Assembly (NCBI RefSeq): GCF_000143415.4
Contig: NW_003314275.1
Location: forward strand, 749,955 to 813,954
Length of the DNA stretch: 64,000 nucleotides
Source of the DNA: Selaginella moellendorffii
Taxonomy: Eukaryota > Plantae > Lycopodiophyta
Direction of reading: 5' to 3'
Shown here: positions 35,429 through 49,920 of the stretch, one piece after another
Numbering within the stretch: position 1 is the first letter of the stretch
Layout of the letters: every line of letters starts with the position of its first letter
Translations under genes and position numbers: made by a program
Notes under the pieces: model-generated
The model's input: only the letters and a program-made list of their open reading frames with translations
Databases searched by the model: none
What the model was told of the DNA's origin: nothing

Positions 35429-36797
35429 ATGGCGCTGGTTGTGATGTGTGGGCAGCCCTGCAGCGGCAAATCGGCGGCGGCCGCCAGCCTCATCCGCGGC
35501 CTTGAAGCTGCGAGCTTGCCACACGCGGTGAAGCTCATCGATGAGACGTCGCTGGGGTTGGATCGAAACGAGAGCTATCAAGGTGAGTGAGAACCATTCG
35601 TGTTTGTTCTACAATGTGGTCACGATCTTCTTTGTGGGAATTTTAGATATGTTTCACGAGAAGAACTTGCGAGGACTGCTGAGATCGGCTGTGGATCGCG
35701 CGGTCACCAAGGAGGTGATTGTCGTCATTGATTCACTCAACAATATCAAGGTAAGAAAAGCGGTCTAAGCTTTTGGAAGTTTTTCTCGATTGTTCTTGCA
35801 AGAACAGGGATATAGATACGAGCTTTGGTGCTTGGCCCGTGCTGCTGGAGTCCAATACTGCGTGGTAAGGATCTTCCTTGGTTTTTCTTTCGTTCTTTTA
35901 TTCTACTTGACGAGTTAAGGCTTTCTAGATCTACTGTGACGCAGGTGAAGATGATTGCCGGAGCTGGAATAAGTCGAAGTTTGATCGGGGCGATCCTTGC
36001 TATGATGATAAAATGTAAGCTCTCACACTTTGGATGACCGTAAGCATGGGAGATTTATGAAACAGATTTGACGACTTGGTTCGAAGGTTTGAGCGTCCTG
36101 ATAGAAGGAATCGTTGGGATACGCCACTGTTTGAGTTGAGACCATCTGAAGGTACTCTCTTTTCTTTCCTGTTCTTCGGTTAAGATCACGGGCTTCCTTG
36201 CAGGAGAGTTCACAGAATCGTCTACACCAATTGTAGAGGCTGTTGCGTTTCTCACTGGAAACGAGAAAGGGAGAAAGGTTTCTCGGATACTCCAGCCAAC
36301 AATTGCTACTCAAACTGTTAAGTAAAACACGGAAAAGCGTTTGAGCACAACTGATGAAGTCGCTTCGCTGCAGGCACGGATTTCCGAGACAAACTCGCTA
36401 TACGAGCTTGATCGTGCCACTCAGGTACCTGCAAGAAAACCATTCTTTCTATTAGCCACACCACTGTTTTCCCAGGACGTGATCAACGCTCTCGTCGAGT
36501 CTCAAACGCAAGAACTTGGCTCACTCGTGGATATTGGAGAAGGATTGCCGAAGATATCCTTTGTTCCTTCTTTGTTCTCGACGATCAAACTCCAAATTCT
36601 CCTTGACTCCTTGGAACATCAGGTTGCAAAAACGAATCGGCCTCCCAGAGCTCCGCCGCCACCGAAGAACTTTCATCCGGCTCGCAGGACAGTCGAGCCT
36701 CTCAGGTCCACCGCCACCGTCGGACAGTCTCAGCGCCAAGCGAATGTTTGCCGACTATCTCAACAGAGAACTCAGTGACCAAGTTCCGAGCTCCTAG
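35429..36797 (+). CDS. KTI12: KTI12/DRL1, Elongator-associated tRNA-binding ATPase, multi-exon
   Basis: MALVVMCGQPCSGKS (P-loop); EKNLRGLLRSAVDR..IDSLNNIK|GYRYELWCLAR; RFERPDRRNRWDTPLF; LYELDRATQ; LPELRRHRRTFI..MFADYLN. Confidence 0.95.
36554..36617 (+). other. U12-type AT-AC intron (64 nt) in KTI12
   Basis: 5' ATATCCTTT; branch TTCTCCTTGAC; 3' AC; removal gives in-frame GLPK|IRLQKRIGLPELRR. Confidence 0.9.
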
Positions 36798-39700
36798 ATC
36801 ACTGTGGTACGTTTGTCAAAAACTAGTTTTTGTTCTTGGCAGATAAAGAACATTTTCTCAAGATCAAACTATTGTGAGGTAAGGTTAAAAGCTGCGAGTG
36901 TTTGCCAGCTAGTGATCAAGTTCCCAGCTAAATCACTGAGGTCTATTTGTCAAAAACTAGTTCTTGGTAGGCATTCTCTCAAGATCAAAATAACGATTCT
37001 ATCATGCTAAAACACTAGGAATTAAGTTCCAAAGTTCTTGACCAGCTAGGGATCTCCAAAGGCTGGCCAAACGCCACTACTTGACTCAATTCCAGGTGTT
37101 TTGCTTCGTCAGCCATTCATTTCTTCTTCCTCCAAGAATTTTAAAAAAAAATTACAAGAGGGATGCGATTCCAGGAATGAATGAGCGCGAGGTATGGATT
37201 GCGCGCTCCCACTGGCGATCGCGCACATGGATCGATTCCAGGGATGAATCACACCGGCGCCTGGAATACGCTGGTGGAATTGACGCCTGTATCTCAGCAT
37301 TTGAGAGAGCATTCTCCAGGGGCAAGGGGGTTAGCTACGCCCACTCCACGCCCTTTAATGCTTAACGACTTACTCTAAGTTGCATTAAAATTTAATTAGT
37401 AGACGGGTGTATCATCTATCACAATAAAGAGGAGTTGCCGAACTTTCTGGGGCTGCCGGATCCACCCAATCGCAACCATCTGATGGGGGGTGTAACTGTA
37501 AAGGGGTTATTTCTTTAACCACGTGTTAGCGAATAATTGTGTTGATGTTTGCTCCAGGTGAATGGGAGGCAGCCAAGCTGCATAGGGCAGGAGAGGAAAG
37601 CGTAATGACATATGTTACATGCAAATGTGTTGACTGTGGCTGTGCTTGTCGTCTGGGCATAGAGATCGCTTGAGCAGCAGCAGCAGCCCAAGCCTGCAAG
37701 AAAGATCTAGCGACTGGAGCAAAATCAATCATCCTCCTAGTGGTGGAGCGAGGTGTCACAGCATCTGGACGCGCCGCTAGATTGGATTGCAGTGTTCATC
37801 TGCTGGATGTCGTGCTGCAAACTATTAACCGTGAAGACTGGCCCAGAGGCGCTGGCAGAGGTGCTGAGAGAGAGGCACCGAGCAGTACTGGAGCGCTGAG
37901 TGAGGTGCTGGTGTGAGAGAGTGGCCTAAGGCACTGGCAGAGGCGTTGAGAGGAGGCACCGAGCTAGGAATGCGCTCACTAAGGCACTGGCAGAAGCTGG
38001 GCAAGCAGAGGGCGCTGAGAGAGGGCTGGCTGAGCAGGGACTGCATTAGAGCACTGAGCAAGGTGCTAGGGCGTGCGAGGCAGAGGCACTGACAGTGGTG
38101 CCAGGCACTTTGACACTGGCTAGAGGTGTGGGCATAGAGGCACAAGGCACCAAAGAGGCATGTTTCAACTCTTGGCATATTTTCTTGCTGTTTTCGTTAT
38201 TTTCCTGATTTGATTTTTGCAATACTTTGTGGTGTCTTTGCTCCCATTGAAAGTTTTCACTTTCTTATGCTCCGAACTTAACAGAAGAATTGCTTGGTAT
38301 GTAGTTTCTCAACCACTGGCATCAGAGGAGGTCTGCATGGTCATCAGGATGGTAAGTTTTTTATTTTCTTTACAGGTGAATTCATGGGTGTAGAGATTGG
38401 GACATAGGGTATTAAGTGTTAGCTAGACTTTGATAGTAGGTTCTGTCTCTTGCTATGGTGATGGAAGTGTGGTATCAAAAGATTTTAGGTTATCCAAATG
38501 GCAATGCACAGTGCTCTTGCTAATCTAATTAATGACAAGTTGTAACCATGAGGTGATAAATGTCTTTGGTGGTATCAGCCAGAGATTTGAACTCTGTTTA
38601 ACAGGTTATCTGAATATTTATTTTTTAAGTGAACAGCTTTATTTTTAATGCTTTACTAATAAAATAATCTAATTTACCTTATTTTATTTTGTTTTATAAA
38701 TTACTATAATATTTGAATATTTAAGGTCAAAATTAATTTTTATAATTTAATTTAACAGTATTTGTAAATATAATAAGAAAACTGTATTTTATACAGATAG
38801 CCTGTTTAAATATCATTATAACATCTGAAACTCAACACCAAATGATGGTATATCAAATATGGGTTGACTTAGTTTTATCAATGAGTAGGATCATGATCAA
38901 AGCTTCAAATGTTAATAGAACAAATTAAACAATTTCAACAATAGGAGTATATATTATATTTTTAGATGTAGCCTTAACTATTTACAATTTAATTCATTAG
39001 CAGAAAAACTAAAATGATGTATGCAGTATTTGATTAAGCAGTAATATATTAGAATCTTTTTCCTAACTGTAAATATAGTTTATTTAGTACATAATAATGT
39101 GTAGTAATATTCTAAGTAAACTGCATAATTAAGTAATGTCTTGCTAAAAGAAAAAGAGTAATAATTATTCTTAGTAATTATTCTCTTTTTTAAAATAAAA
39201 TATTAATATAAGTTTATCCCATGTAAAAATATAATTGACATATAACATATTATTAATAATAGAAATTTCTGTTTAATTTTTTCTGTGTCAGGTATTTTTC
39301 TAAATATATTCTTATTTCCAAATAATAATTTGTATTTAATATTTTTATTAATGAATATTTATTCTTACTTATGCCTAGGAATATATTTTGTTCTAAATAT
39401 TTATATTATCAAGTTTACAAGAATTAATTTTTGTGTTCACCTAACATTTGCTAAGCATAATTCCCTCAATTCTTCTTTCAAAGTGGAACACAATATTTTT
39501 TTTTTTGATACTATTCCAATTTTAGTTTTTAATGTAATAAAACTATAACAATCAAAACAGTATTTTGCTAACTAGGCAGCATATGCTAGGTAAGTGCTAG
39601 TCTATAATAATTAGCACTTGTCTTGAATGTCATAGTTTTGGTACATTGAAACTGACATAAGCCTTTCAAAACCACTTTTTGGATTTGAAATAAGAGTATT

Positions 39701-41892
39701 CTAGGCTATCCACCTCAAAAAGAGTAATCTATGTGAGGTTAAGCTTTTTTGTCTTGTTTATTAAACTTAACTCAAGAATTTTTACTCAACATTGGCAATA
39801 AGGGTAGATTTTCCTTCTACCATAAAGGATCCATTAGTTGTAGCATTGGAATTTGATATAAGATTACATATATGAGAAAGAGATCATCATTTCATTTGAA
39901 AAGTTAAAGATAATGTTGCTTACTTTGTAGAGTGACTTCCCAAAGCCAAAGATGGAATCTATGTTCCCCTTGATATATGTATTTTAAAATACATGTTCAA
40001 GGCTAAATCACAAATGTGTGCTTTAAAGTAACAACATTAGCTATATCAAATTTGGGAGAAAGAATCAAATTCAATAGAAAATTGGTGTATAAACAACTAA
40101 AGAGAACTATTTGAGAAACAATTTATAAAGGTTTAAATATAAAAAGAAAAGATCCGTGAATAAAAGTGCAGTTTATGTTCAAATTCATTAAGGGTCTTGG
40201 GGTACTTAACGTTAAGTGTCCTCGGGTTTGAATAGTATTGACTTTCTTAGGAAAAATTTAATATAAAACCTTTTTATATATTGTATTGATGGTGAAAATA
40301 AGTAATAGTTGTTCTTGGAGTGACATATTTTTATAAGTAACCAACGAGAGACAATCTATAAGAGTTTAAATATAAACCTATAAACAAGAGTGCATCCCTT
40401 TTTTTAAGGGTATTGAGATATTTAAGGTTAAGTGTCTTTGGGTTTAAATAGCACTAGGTTAATTGACCTTCCAAAAAATCCAAATTCAAGATATCACATT
40501 TGGTATCAAACGGGTATTGAACTCAATGAATAGAATCACACAACATGTTGAAATTGAAATTTGGTAGATATAATTTATTTTTGGCTAAACTTAATTCGAG
40601 GGGTAAAGTGTTAACAAACTCAAAGGGTATGCTGTTAATAGAGTAGGGCTCTTGAAAGAGTTGCAACTTTTAACTTCTATTTACGAAAACAAATTTAAGA
40701 ACTTATAATTTTGGGCTAGATGACATTTTAAGAAATTTAAATTCCAAGAGCTCACAATTTTGTACTTTAATGCCTAATCTAACTAGTGATGTGCATTTTG
40801 ATAAAGCCTAAATGTGTAAGTGTATTTCAACTCGGTCAAATGACTTCTCTAGTACTAAAGATTGTGAGGTAATACCCCTAAAAAATTGGAAATTGTCTTT
40901 TAGACATTTTATATGGAATTTGTGGTATGAATATAATTTAAGGGATGAAAGCCTTTGTGTTTTTGAATTTGCCTAACATAATTCTACAGTCTAGAACTGT
41001 TGGTAAGACATATTTATGGATGAAGTATATACTATTACATAGTCTAATAGATGGATATATATTTCTTAATAGAATAAGGATAACATTTTCTTTAAGTGCT
41101 GAAAGACTAGAAGGCATGATGAAATTTAGGCTGGGTGTTTAATATCAATAAAGTTAATAATTTCATAAATATGTATATAATTTGATAATGAAGAGATTAT
41201 AGCATTATTAATGGGAAAAATATCATCATTTATTAGTGTAAGTATGACTCTAATAGATGCAATGTTTGGGTCTAAAATATCATAAAGATAATATTGGTAA
41301 GTTCAAGTAATTATCACCATTTCCAATTTGAATAAGCCACTCAGCCTATAAAAAATTATTTTCAATTAGACTCACATTTTTTTTTAGAGAAAGTTTTCTA
41401 AAAAATTTCCATAACATATTCATTTTTATCAAATTTAAAACAATTTATGCTTGATGACTATGTGGAATACTTAGTAATGTTTATCTGCAGTCACCACTTG
41501 TAATAATAACTATTTATCTAAAAGGTAATTTAGTTCTATTATATCTTTTAATGCTATATTAATGGCAGAAAATGCATGTGTGTAAACCATACTAATTTCA
41601 TTCCATATTGAAACATGTGCATTCGTAATTTTTTGGCGTGCTTCACTATTAACAGTAATAGAAAAAGGAAAAATTTCATTTATTGGAACATAAAGTTTAA
41701 ATGCAATATATAATGTTTGACCATTATGTAGTAAAGTGTTTGCAATACTTGTCCAGACTATACTAACTATATTTTTGTTTAAAAAGTTTTAATGTGTATA
41801 TAAGAGTGTTAAGAATAAATGTTTTACCAATACAATCAGGACTATCGATGAAAATATATTGATTTTGCTAGGTTGGGTTATTAATAGTAATA

Positions 41893-44240
41893 TGTAAGAA
41901 ACTAATTTTCTTGTTCACCTAACTACACATTTAACCCTATAAAAGAGTCTTACTCAAAACCTCTAGAGGTACTCTTCCTAACTTAGGGATTTACTAGCCT
42001 CAAGGGGTGACCTCAAAGTCACACCACCTTTACATTTGGTCCAAGTGGTTTACATGTTCAATCCCATTATAGACACCCAAAGGTATCCCTAATATACTAC
42101 TCCATTATACTAAAGTTAGATTCATTTGCCTTTGATAGTCCAAGACTATCTGTATAACAATCTCATCTCCCAAAGACTTAACCATCCATCCATGAGTGGC
42201 TATCCTATGACCACAACTTAGGATCTTTAGGATGCTTGGAGATATAGAAACATTATTCCACTAAGCCATCTGTCTATATGTAGTCATGTTATGACTACAC
42301 TTTAGCATTTTTAGGATGCCCAAAGACATAAAAAACACCCTTCTCCAATATGTCTCATTCAGTCCACACCAAATCTCTCCTCATTCACAGCAATGCTCAC
42401 TAATACTATCATTAGATAAAGGCTCAAAGGCCTAACCACTATATCCCATTGACTTCTAAAATTTCTTCACCACATGATTATACCCTTGATCACTATACAA
42501 GAGAATTATTCTTTTTTCTTTTCACAATTTGGGACTTTAGGATGATATTTTAAAACACTATAGCTCTACGTGAGTTTCATAAGTATTCCCCCACCTTCCG
42601 CTTCTGGGTGCCTTAGCCATGTGGCTAAAGTGAAGTTTTTATGAGCCATATTAGGTATCCAAATAAATAGTGCCACCCACACTTGGATTGGTAATATCAA
42701 CCATTTAAACTTTTGGGGAAGTTAAAGTTCGCTCTTGAACACTTCACCAAATTACCTCATTTATCCATTTATGTTCACTTTAGCCTTTAACATTTTAGTG
42801 GTTATATCATCACTCACCACATGAGTGTAACCTTCTTTAGTCACACTAGCCTTTCTTGACCAAATTGGTTTCATTGGAATACAATCCTCATCCTCTTTCT
42901 ATTAACCTTTTATAACCCCTTTGAGGGATGATTGCTTTAGCCTTTCACCCTATGATCTGTATTAGTATTCGGACTTAGTCTTAGATTTAGAATTGGACTT
43001 AAACTCAGACTTGGACTTGGATTCAGACTTAAACTCAATCTTAATCTTGATCTTGGTCTCACTCTCAATCTTAGTCTTGGACTTGGATTCCATTTTGGAC
43101 TCTCCATCCCAAACCCAGTCTTGGCCTCCATCTCGGACTCAGACTTGGATTCGGTCTCAGGCTCACTTTTGGATTTAGCTTTGGACTTGGTCTTAGATTC
43201 AATCCCAACACTTCTATATATTATGACATCTACCATATATTAGTCCTTCTTATATCCCTTTCTAGGTACTTATTCATCAATCACTTTGTGCTTCTTCAAG
43301 CACTTCTTTGGGAATTCAATTTCTTCCACTTTGGGGCTTAGGGATTTATATTTTACAATTCCACCACCTATAAACAAAGTTTAATGTCCTCAATAAACCA
43401 TTTTATATAGTAACTCCATTATAAATTACCATTTTCATCCTTTGCACTAAGCCACTATTCATCAATGGTTTAACACTAAAGGCTTATTATGTCTTGTCTA
43501 TCTTAATCTCTCCAACTTAAAAACTCATTAGATCACTTGTGGTGGTTTTTTCCCTTTTTTTATTTAGTTATTTCTAAACCCATTAAAGACACTTTTTCTA
43601 TCTCAATTTTAATACTCATTTTAGAGTAGTTTTGGTTTCTATCAACATAATCATCGTAGCTTAGAACCTTAATATTAACTTCTCAAGTCAATTTTTTAGA
43701 TGTCTTTAACACTTTGTATTGCATATATTGTGTAAACTCCACATCCCTATTCTAAGAAGTTCTTTATTTGAGAGCACCATTATCCTCTCTTTTATTTCAT
43801 GCCACCTTAGGTATTAAATTCCATTTATTCATAATTTGTGCTAAGGTTATTCATGGCCCTATCATTTGGCTACTTTGCTATTTTATATTTTGGAGCTTTT
43901 AGCTTTTGCCAAATTGGAGCATTTAAGAATTCCATTCTTGGAAACATTTTTCTTTCCCACAATCTGGTAGTATTCACCATATAATAATTCCTAACCTAAC
44001 TTATTATTTAAATTCCTTTTAACAATTTCCAAAGCCTATTATAATTTGCTCCTATCATTTAATTATTACACCAAATAACATAGGATTGCTACCTTCATTC
44101 TTAGGGTATCCTTTTAGTTTATAAACAAAATCTCAATTTTGCCAAGTTTATGGGATGTTTACCCATAGGAAATCTCACTAGCATTCTCTTCTCGGGCACT
44201 ATCCACAACTCAATTTTACAACCCTTCTATAAGTCCTTCC
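41893..44240 (-). mobile_element. Fossil, AT-shifted copy of the outer LTR-element family (LTR 41893-43357 plus adjoining internal region)
   Basis: Colinear with 48926-51630: TGTAAG start, decayed GGACTTGG array, ..ACA end, PPT remnant TTCCACCACC; pervasive C>T/G>A changes. Confidence 0.8.
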
Positions 44241-44408
44241 ATCAATTTCTTTTCGCCACGCGGGCCTAAATCAGAGCGACCGCAAAAATAACGTCTTTAT
44301 TTTTTAGAAAGGTTGTTTCTCAACGAAAGGCTTCCAGTTTATAGAAGTTTCCATGCGTCATTCACCATTTGAAGTGTTTATAAGGACACACTACATTTCC
44401 AAACTTCC

Positions 44409-45971
44409 ATGGAGCACATCACAGCTTTTTTCACCTTCTTGGCTTCTTTCTTCTTGGTGATCTTCTACTATGATCGATCTAAATCACGCAGCTCCCATGT
44501 CATGCCTCCAAGCCCCCGGCCCTTTCCAATCCTCAGCCACATTCCACTCCTGGCCAGCAATTCCCGCGGGCCGCATCTCATCCTCTTCGATCTCGCCAAG
44601 AAGCTTGGCCCGATCTTCTACCTCCGCCTGGGCTACACCCCCACGCTCGTCATCTCGTCAGCCAAGATCGCCCAAGAGATCCTCAAGACCCACGACAGGA
44701 CCTTCTCCTCGCGGCCATCGCTCACGTTTGCCGAGGCGATCCTCCCAGACGATCTCGTCTTCGCGCGCTATGGCGCGAGATGGAGGGAGCTCCGCAAGAT
44801 CTGCACGCTCGAGCTCTTCACCGCGCGCCGCGTGGGGAGCTTTGCGGCAGTGAGGCAAGCGGAGATGGAGAAGTTCCTGGCGATGCTCTCCCAGAATCTA
44901 GGAAGAACGGTGAACATGACCCAGGAGGTCACCGTCCTCACCTTGGAGATCATGCAAACGCTCGTGTTTGGGACGAGCCGGACCTTCGGTGCCAACGATT
45001 TCCTCCGCTTGGTCCGCCAGGGGAACGAGCTGAGCGGGAGGCTACACATCGGCGATTACGTCCCATGGCTTAAATGGATGGATCTCTCGCTGCCCAAGCT
45101 GAGAACCTTAGCAACCAAATTCCATGCCATGCTTCAAGCACACATTGAAGAGCACCGATCCTCTATAGCCAAGCAAGGACATGGCGGTGAGAGCTTCCTG
45201 GACGTCTTGCTCTCGCTCCACAACATGTCAGATCTTACCATCCGGTGCCTCATGCTGGTAAGACTGGGGTTGACTTGAGTGTTGACTAACTCGTTGGCCG
45301 TTCTTGCTAGGATGCTATGAGTGCAGGGCTGGACACGACTGCCACAGCGATAGAATGGGCTCTCACAGAGCTACTTCTTCATCCACAAATCTTGGCAAAA
45401 GCCCAGAAGGAATTGGACGACGTGATCCCTGCTAGTAGCGCTATCGTGAGTGAGGCCGACATTCCCAAGCTCAAGTACCTCGGCGCGATTGTCAAGGAGA
45501 CCCTGCGCAAGCACCCACCGGCGCCACTCATGGTTCCACGCGAATCCACCGCCGAGTGTAAGGTAAGTAGTCTAAAAGGTTTGATCCTCGCTAGATCTCT
45601 GAATTTGTTATCAACGTGTATGAAAGCTTGAAGAAGCTGGCTACATGATCCCAGCCAAGACCCAAGTGTTGATCAACCTCTACGCCATCGGCCGGGATCC
45701 AAACATCTGGGAGAACCCTCTGGAGTTCATCCCGGAGAGGATGAGCAGCGAATTCAATTCGGCCGTGGAACTCATGACGTTTGGCTTTGGCCGGCGATCC
45801 TGCCCGGGGATGAACTTGGGGTTGACTGCTGTTCATCTCGTTCTTGCCAATCTTCTCTACAGGTTCAACTGGACAACACCAGATGGTAAAGAGGTGGACG
45901 TGGGCGAGGGGGTCGGGTTCACGCTCATGCGGGCTCGTCCACTTGCATTGGTTCCACTTCTCCGCAAGTAG
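44409..45971 (+). CDS. Cytochrome P450, CYP71 clan; exons 44409-45257, 45311-45562, 45627-45971
   Basis: N-terminal anchor, PPSP, WRELRKI, AGLDTT, ETLR, PERM, heme FGFGRRSCPG; both introns GT-AG in frame. Confidence 0.95.
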
Positions 45972-47389
45972 TCAAACATATTGATTAGAATAAACAGAGT
46001 GTGTTTATTAAGTACACTTTTGCGAAGGTTAGATTGGAAGCTCCCAATCTGCCATGGTCCTGGTCCAATGGGCTTCGGTTCAGTTCTATTCAGGCAATTA
46101 TCTCAAAAAATCTATGCGCAAGCTTTGTTTGGATACCAGGCCCATTTTTGGGCTCCAACACGTCAAACAACCTGTAAATGAATGGATATATTTAAAATAT
46201 ACTAGCAATGAATCCAGCTATGCTGGCCTACACAAAATTAAGTCTTCAAAGATGTTTTTTGGATTTTAAATTGTTCATGGTTGCAAATTTATTTAAAACA
46301 AGAACAATGCACCAAGTTCCTTCTTTTATTACCATTACCATTTCCCTTCCTGCTTTATTTGCACTAACTTCTTATGGCTCTTATGTGAATTTCTTTTTAA
46401 GAGTCTAAAGACAAATTAATTTGTCAAGAGGTAAACCATTACAAGGAAATGGCTCACATTTTTACACTTTACTGCTTTGTCCAGTTTTAAATATCTTTAG
46501 TAGTGATGCCACATAACATCATCAACTCACTCTAAACAATAGTGCCTTGGCAATAGTTAAGTCCTTGGGATTAACTTTTGCATTTCTGCTCATGCTAGAG
46601 GCTACCTTGGCCATATTGATGGATTTTTTAATCAAGGACTGAGCAAGCTTGCAAGTGCCTCAATTGCAGAGACATGGAATTGGAGGGACTCATGATACAG
46701 GCAGGAGCAACAATTCTCTGGACATAATTGTGGCTGCCAAAGCTGCATGTTGGATTGATGAGATCTCATCAATCCAGAGAATTGGCAGAAGGCTTGAAAA
46801 ACTGGAGTTTTGATGACAAAGAGGTCAGAGGTTCCATTTCCAAATTTTTAGGAAATTTTGACTTCTGATTGTAACATTCCTTAACAATTTCTTCAAGAGA
46901 CTCTACTTACTGGCTCAGACCTGATTGAAAACTTTCACACTTGAACCTTGATGCATTGCTCATCCAAAGAATCAATAGAACAATGTCATAAGTCCTTGTT
47001 GTCCAACCCACAACATCCTATCAAAAAACTAATGGGGCAGTGAGCACATGCTCATTCTCAATGAAAGACCAACTTGTAACTTCTGTGTTCTAAAGTTTTC
47101 CACATAAATTTTAGCAGTCGTTACTCCAGTCATGCTAGACAAATTTCTCACTGAAAATGAAGAGAGAATGGTGGATTCTTGCCTTGAAAAACAGGGATTC
47201 TCCAGAAGTGTATCTCAAAAAGTGACATTCTCTACCATGCTTTCTCGAAAGTTGGAAGTTTCTGCTAATAACTTCTCTTTAAAAATAAAACACAAATATA
47301 CAGTGCTGTAATACAATCATGTGACTGTTGCTTCTTTGAAAATATGAACCAGCCGCTCGCTGTCGGGCACACCTCCAGTGCTACTAAGC

Positions 47390-48360
47390 TCTTCGATTGC
47401 ATCTCCCAGCGCAATGCTGCGACCTGGAACATGATGGTCCATGCCTACGCTGTGTGACTCTTCTTTGACATTGGTGATCACATTTGCCAAGAGCCGCTGT
47501 GCAGTGGAATTTGTGCAATCCTACATGTAGAGCTCCAATCTGAAGAAGATCTTTGATTCCATGACGGATGATGATGTGGTCTCTTGGATCTCGCTCATTT
47601 GCCCCAAGAACACGTTTAATGGGGTGGAGTTTCACGATCTTGTCTCGCAGATCTCGATGCTCATTGGATATGTGGCGGTATTCTGGATCCGCAACTGCCA
47701 GGCTATCTTGCTGCCTGGTGTCTCTGAGGCCGTGACATGGAACTAAATTATCACAACACTTGGCAAATCGAGGCAGTGAAATCGACCTTTGATCGAATGC
47801 CAAGGATCTCGTGTCATGGACAAATCTACTACTGTGCTACGTTCAGAATGGATTCCTCGAAGAATTGACAGGGCATTCCATCATCTTCCCTTCACTAATG
47901 CAGTCCAAATTGTGATGATCTTGGCGAATGCTCAGGGATTTGGCCACCACAAAAGAGTTTGATTCCATGCTGGATCAATTTATGTGCTATGGTGCAAGCT
48001 TTATGGCTGCCAAGGCCTCATGACCCTTGCAAAGAACATCTTCGATCAAATCTAGGAGAAGAAACCAGTCTTTGGAGTGTGATGCTCCTCATGTATGCCG
48101 AGAATGGGCATTTTGATGAGGCCATGAGGTTCTTTCACTAGATCCCATGCAAGACCATTGTCTGCTGGACAGCTTTCACACAAGTTTATGTCAACTTGGA
48201 CAATCTCAAAAATTTTGAGCATGAAAATGTGCAGCTTGGTTTCCTGGACGACCATGGTTTGGGCTTATGCTCTAAACATGCATGATAATCGAGCAGTGCA
48301 ACTTATAAATCTCAAGGGCATCAAGATGGAAAAGGTGATGTTATGCCACGTGTCCATAGG
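47390..48360 (+). pseudogene. Highly degraded PLS PPR gene
   Basis: Remnants TWNMMVHAYA, DDDVVSWISLI, LWSVMLLMYAENGHFDEAMRFFH, LVSWTTMVWAYA among stops and frameshifts. Confidence 0.75.
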
Positions 48361-48744
48361 ACAGTGGTGTGGAACCCGAAGTTTAAAGCCTTGAGCCACT
48401 GAATGAAGGAACGGTGCCAAACTCCCAAGCATGGAGCCAAGGAGTGACAGAACCGGTCCACGGAACAACTCTCGAGCACACAGCCCAAGGAGAGAAGGAA
48501 TAGGTGCATGGAGCAACTTGGAATAATCTTAGAGTATCCAGCATCCCAATGCCAGGACTAACACGCAAAATGGAGCCAAATGGAATTTAGCGCTATTTTG
48601 GCATACCGATGGCCTAATGCAAAGATATGGGTATTCCACCAGCTAGCATAGTGTGGAGCTTGGGCTTAGACCTAAGCTGGACACAAAACAAGGATAGGCA
48701 TATAAACAGAAGCTAGACTATGCCTCAAGTTGGTCAACCATGCC

Positions 48745-48830
48745 CAACCTACCCACTATCCCTACTATACATTTGAAACCCCCCACAGCCCCCCCCCTGA
48801 GGAACATATGCTTTGGGCTTTCACCCCAAG
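48745..48830. mobile_element. Old LTR fragment related to the inner-element LTR
   Basis: cactatccctactatac..ccccc..gctttgggctttcacccc matches 55243-55318. Confidence 0.6.
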
Positions 48831-49920
48831 CCTCCCTTAGTATCAGGAGTTAGTCTTTGGGACAAGTTTGAAACTTACTAAATATGGAATGTCTCTAGAT
48901 TGTGAATTTGGACACGGGATGAACATGTAAGCGACTAAATTTTCCATTCTACTTTAGTCACTTAACCACACCTCTGACCACTTGGAGGAGTCTCATTCAC
49001 AACCTCCATAAGTCCAATCCAGGACTTGGGACTTGCTAGCCCTGAGAATGGCATCCATGCCACTCAACATTTGCACTTGGTCCAAGTGCTCCACGTGTCC
49101 GATCCCATGACCGACACTCAAAGGTACCACCGACATAGCAGCCCGTTACGCTAAGGCCATGCCCAATCACCTTTGCCACACTGGTAGTCCAATACCACTT
49201 GCATCACCGTCTTGGCTCTCCAAGACTAGGCAAACCATCCGTGAGTGGTCATCTCAGATCCACTCTTTAGCATCCTTAGGATGCCCACCGACAAGGGGAA
49301 TAGCCTTCCCCAATATCCCTCTGTCAGTCCCCACTAAGTCCCTTTCTGCCCCTGGCCGTGTTTGCCAACACTGCCACTGGATCGAGACCCACAGGCCCGA
49401 CCACTAAGTCCCACGGTCCTCTGGGACTTCCTCACCACACGACTGTGTCCTTGGTCACTACCCTAGAGGACTGCTCCTCTTCCTTTCCACAGTCTGGGCC
49501 TTTGGGACAACATTTCGGAACACCGTGGCCTTACGCGAGCCACCTGGGTACTCTCCTCGCCTTCTGCCCTTGGGTGCTCTAGCCATGGGCTTAGAGCGGG
49601 TTCCGTTGAGCCACACCAGGTATCCAAGTAGGTAGTGCCACCCACACTTGGACTGGGAGCATCGGCCAGTCGATCTCCCGGGGGAACTAGAGCCGGCTCT
49701 TGAACACTTCACCAAGCTACCCCGCTTGTCGGTCTGTGTTCACTCTAGTCTTGGACTTCCCAGTGGGCAGCTCATCACCCAACACTGGGTCCGGCCTTCC
49801 TGGGCCAAACTAGCCTTTCCTGGCCAAACTGGCTCCACTGCAGTCCTCCCCCTACTATACTTTTGGAGCTCACCAAACCCCCCAGGGTCTGGGAGACGAA
49901 CGCTTTGGGCTTTCACCCTC

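Noticed and set aside
37410-41890. Possible Helitron (TCTATCACAATAAAG start, then AT-rich DNA)
   Set aside because: No 3' hairpin plus CTRR end or Rep/helicase remnant found.
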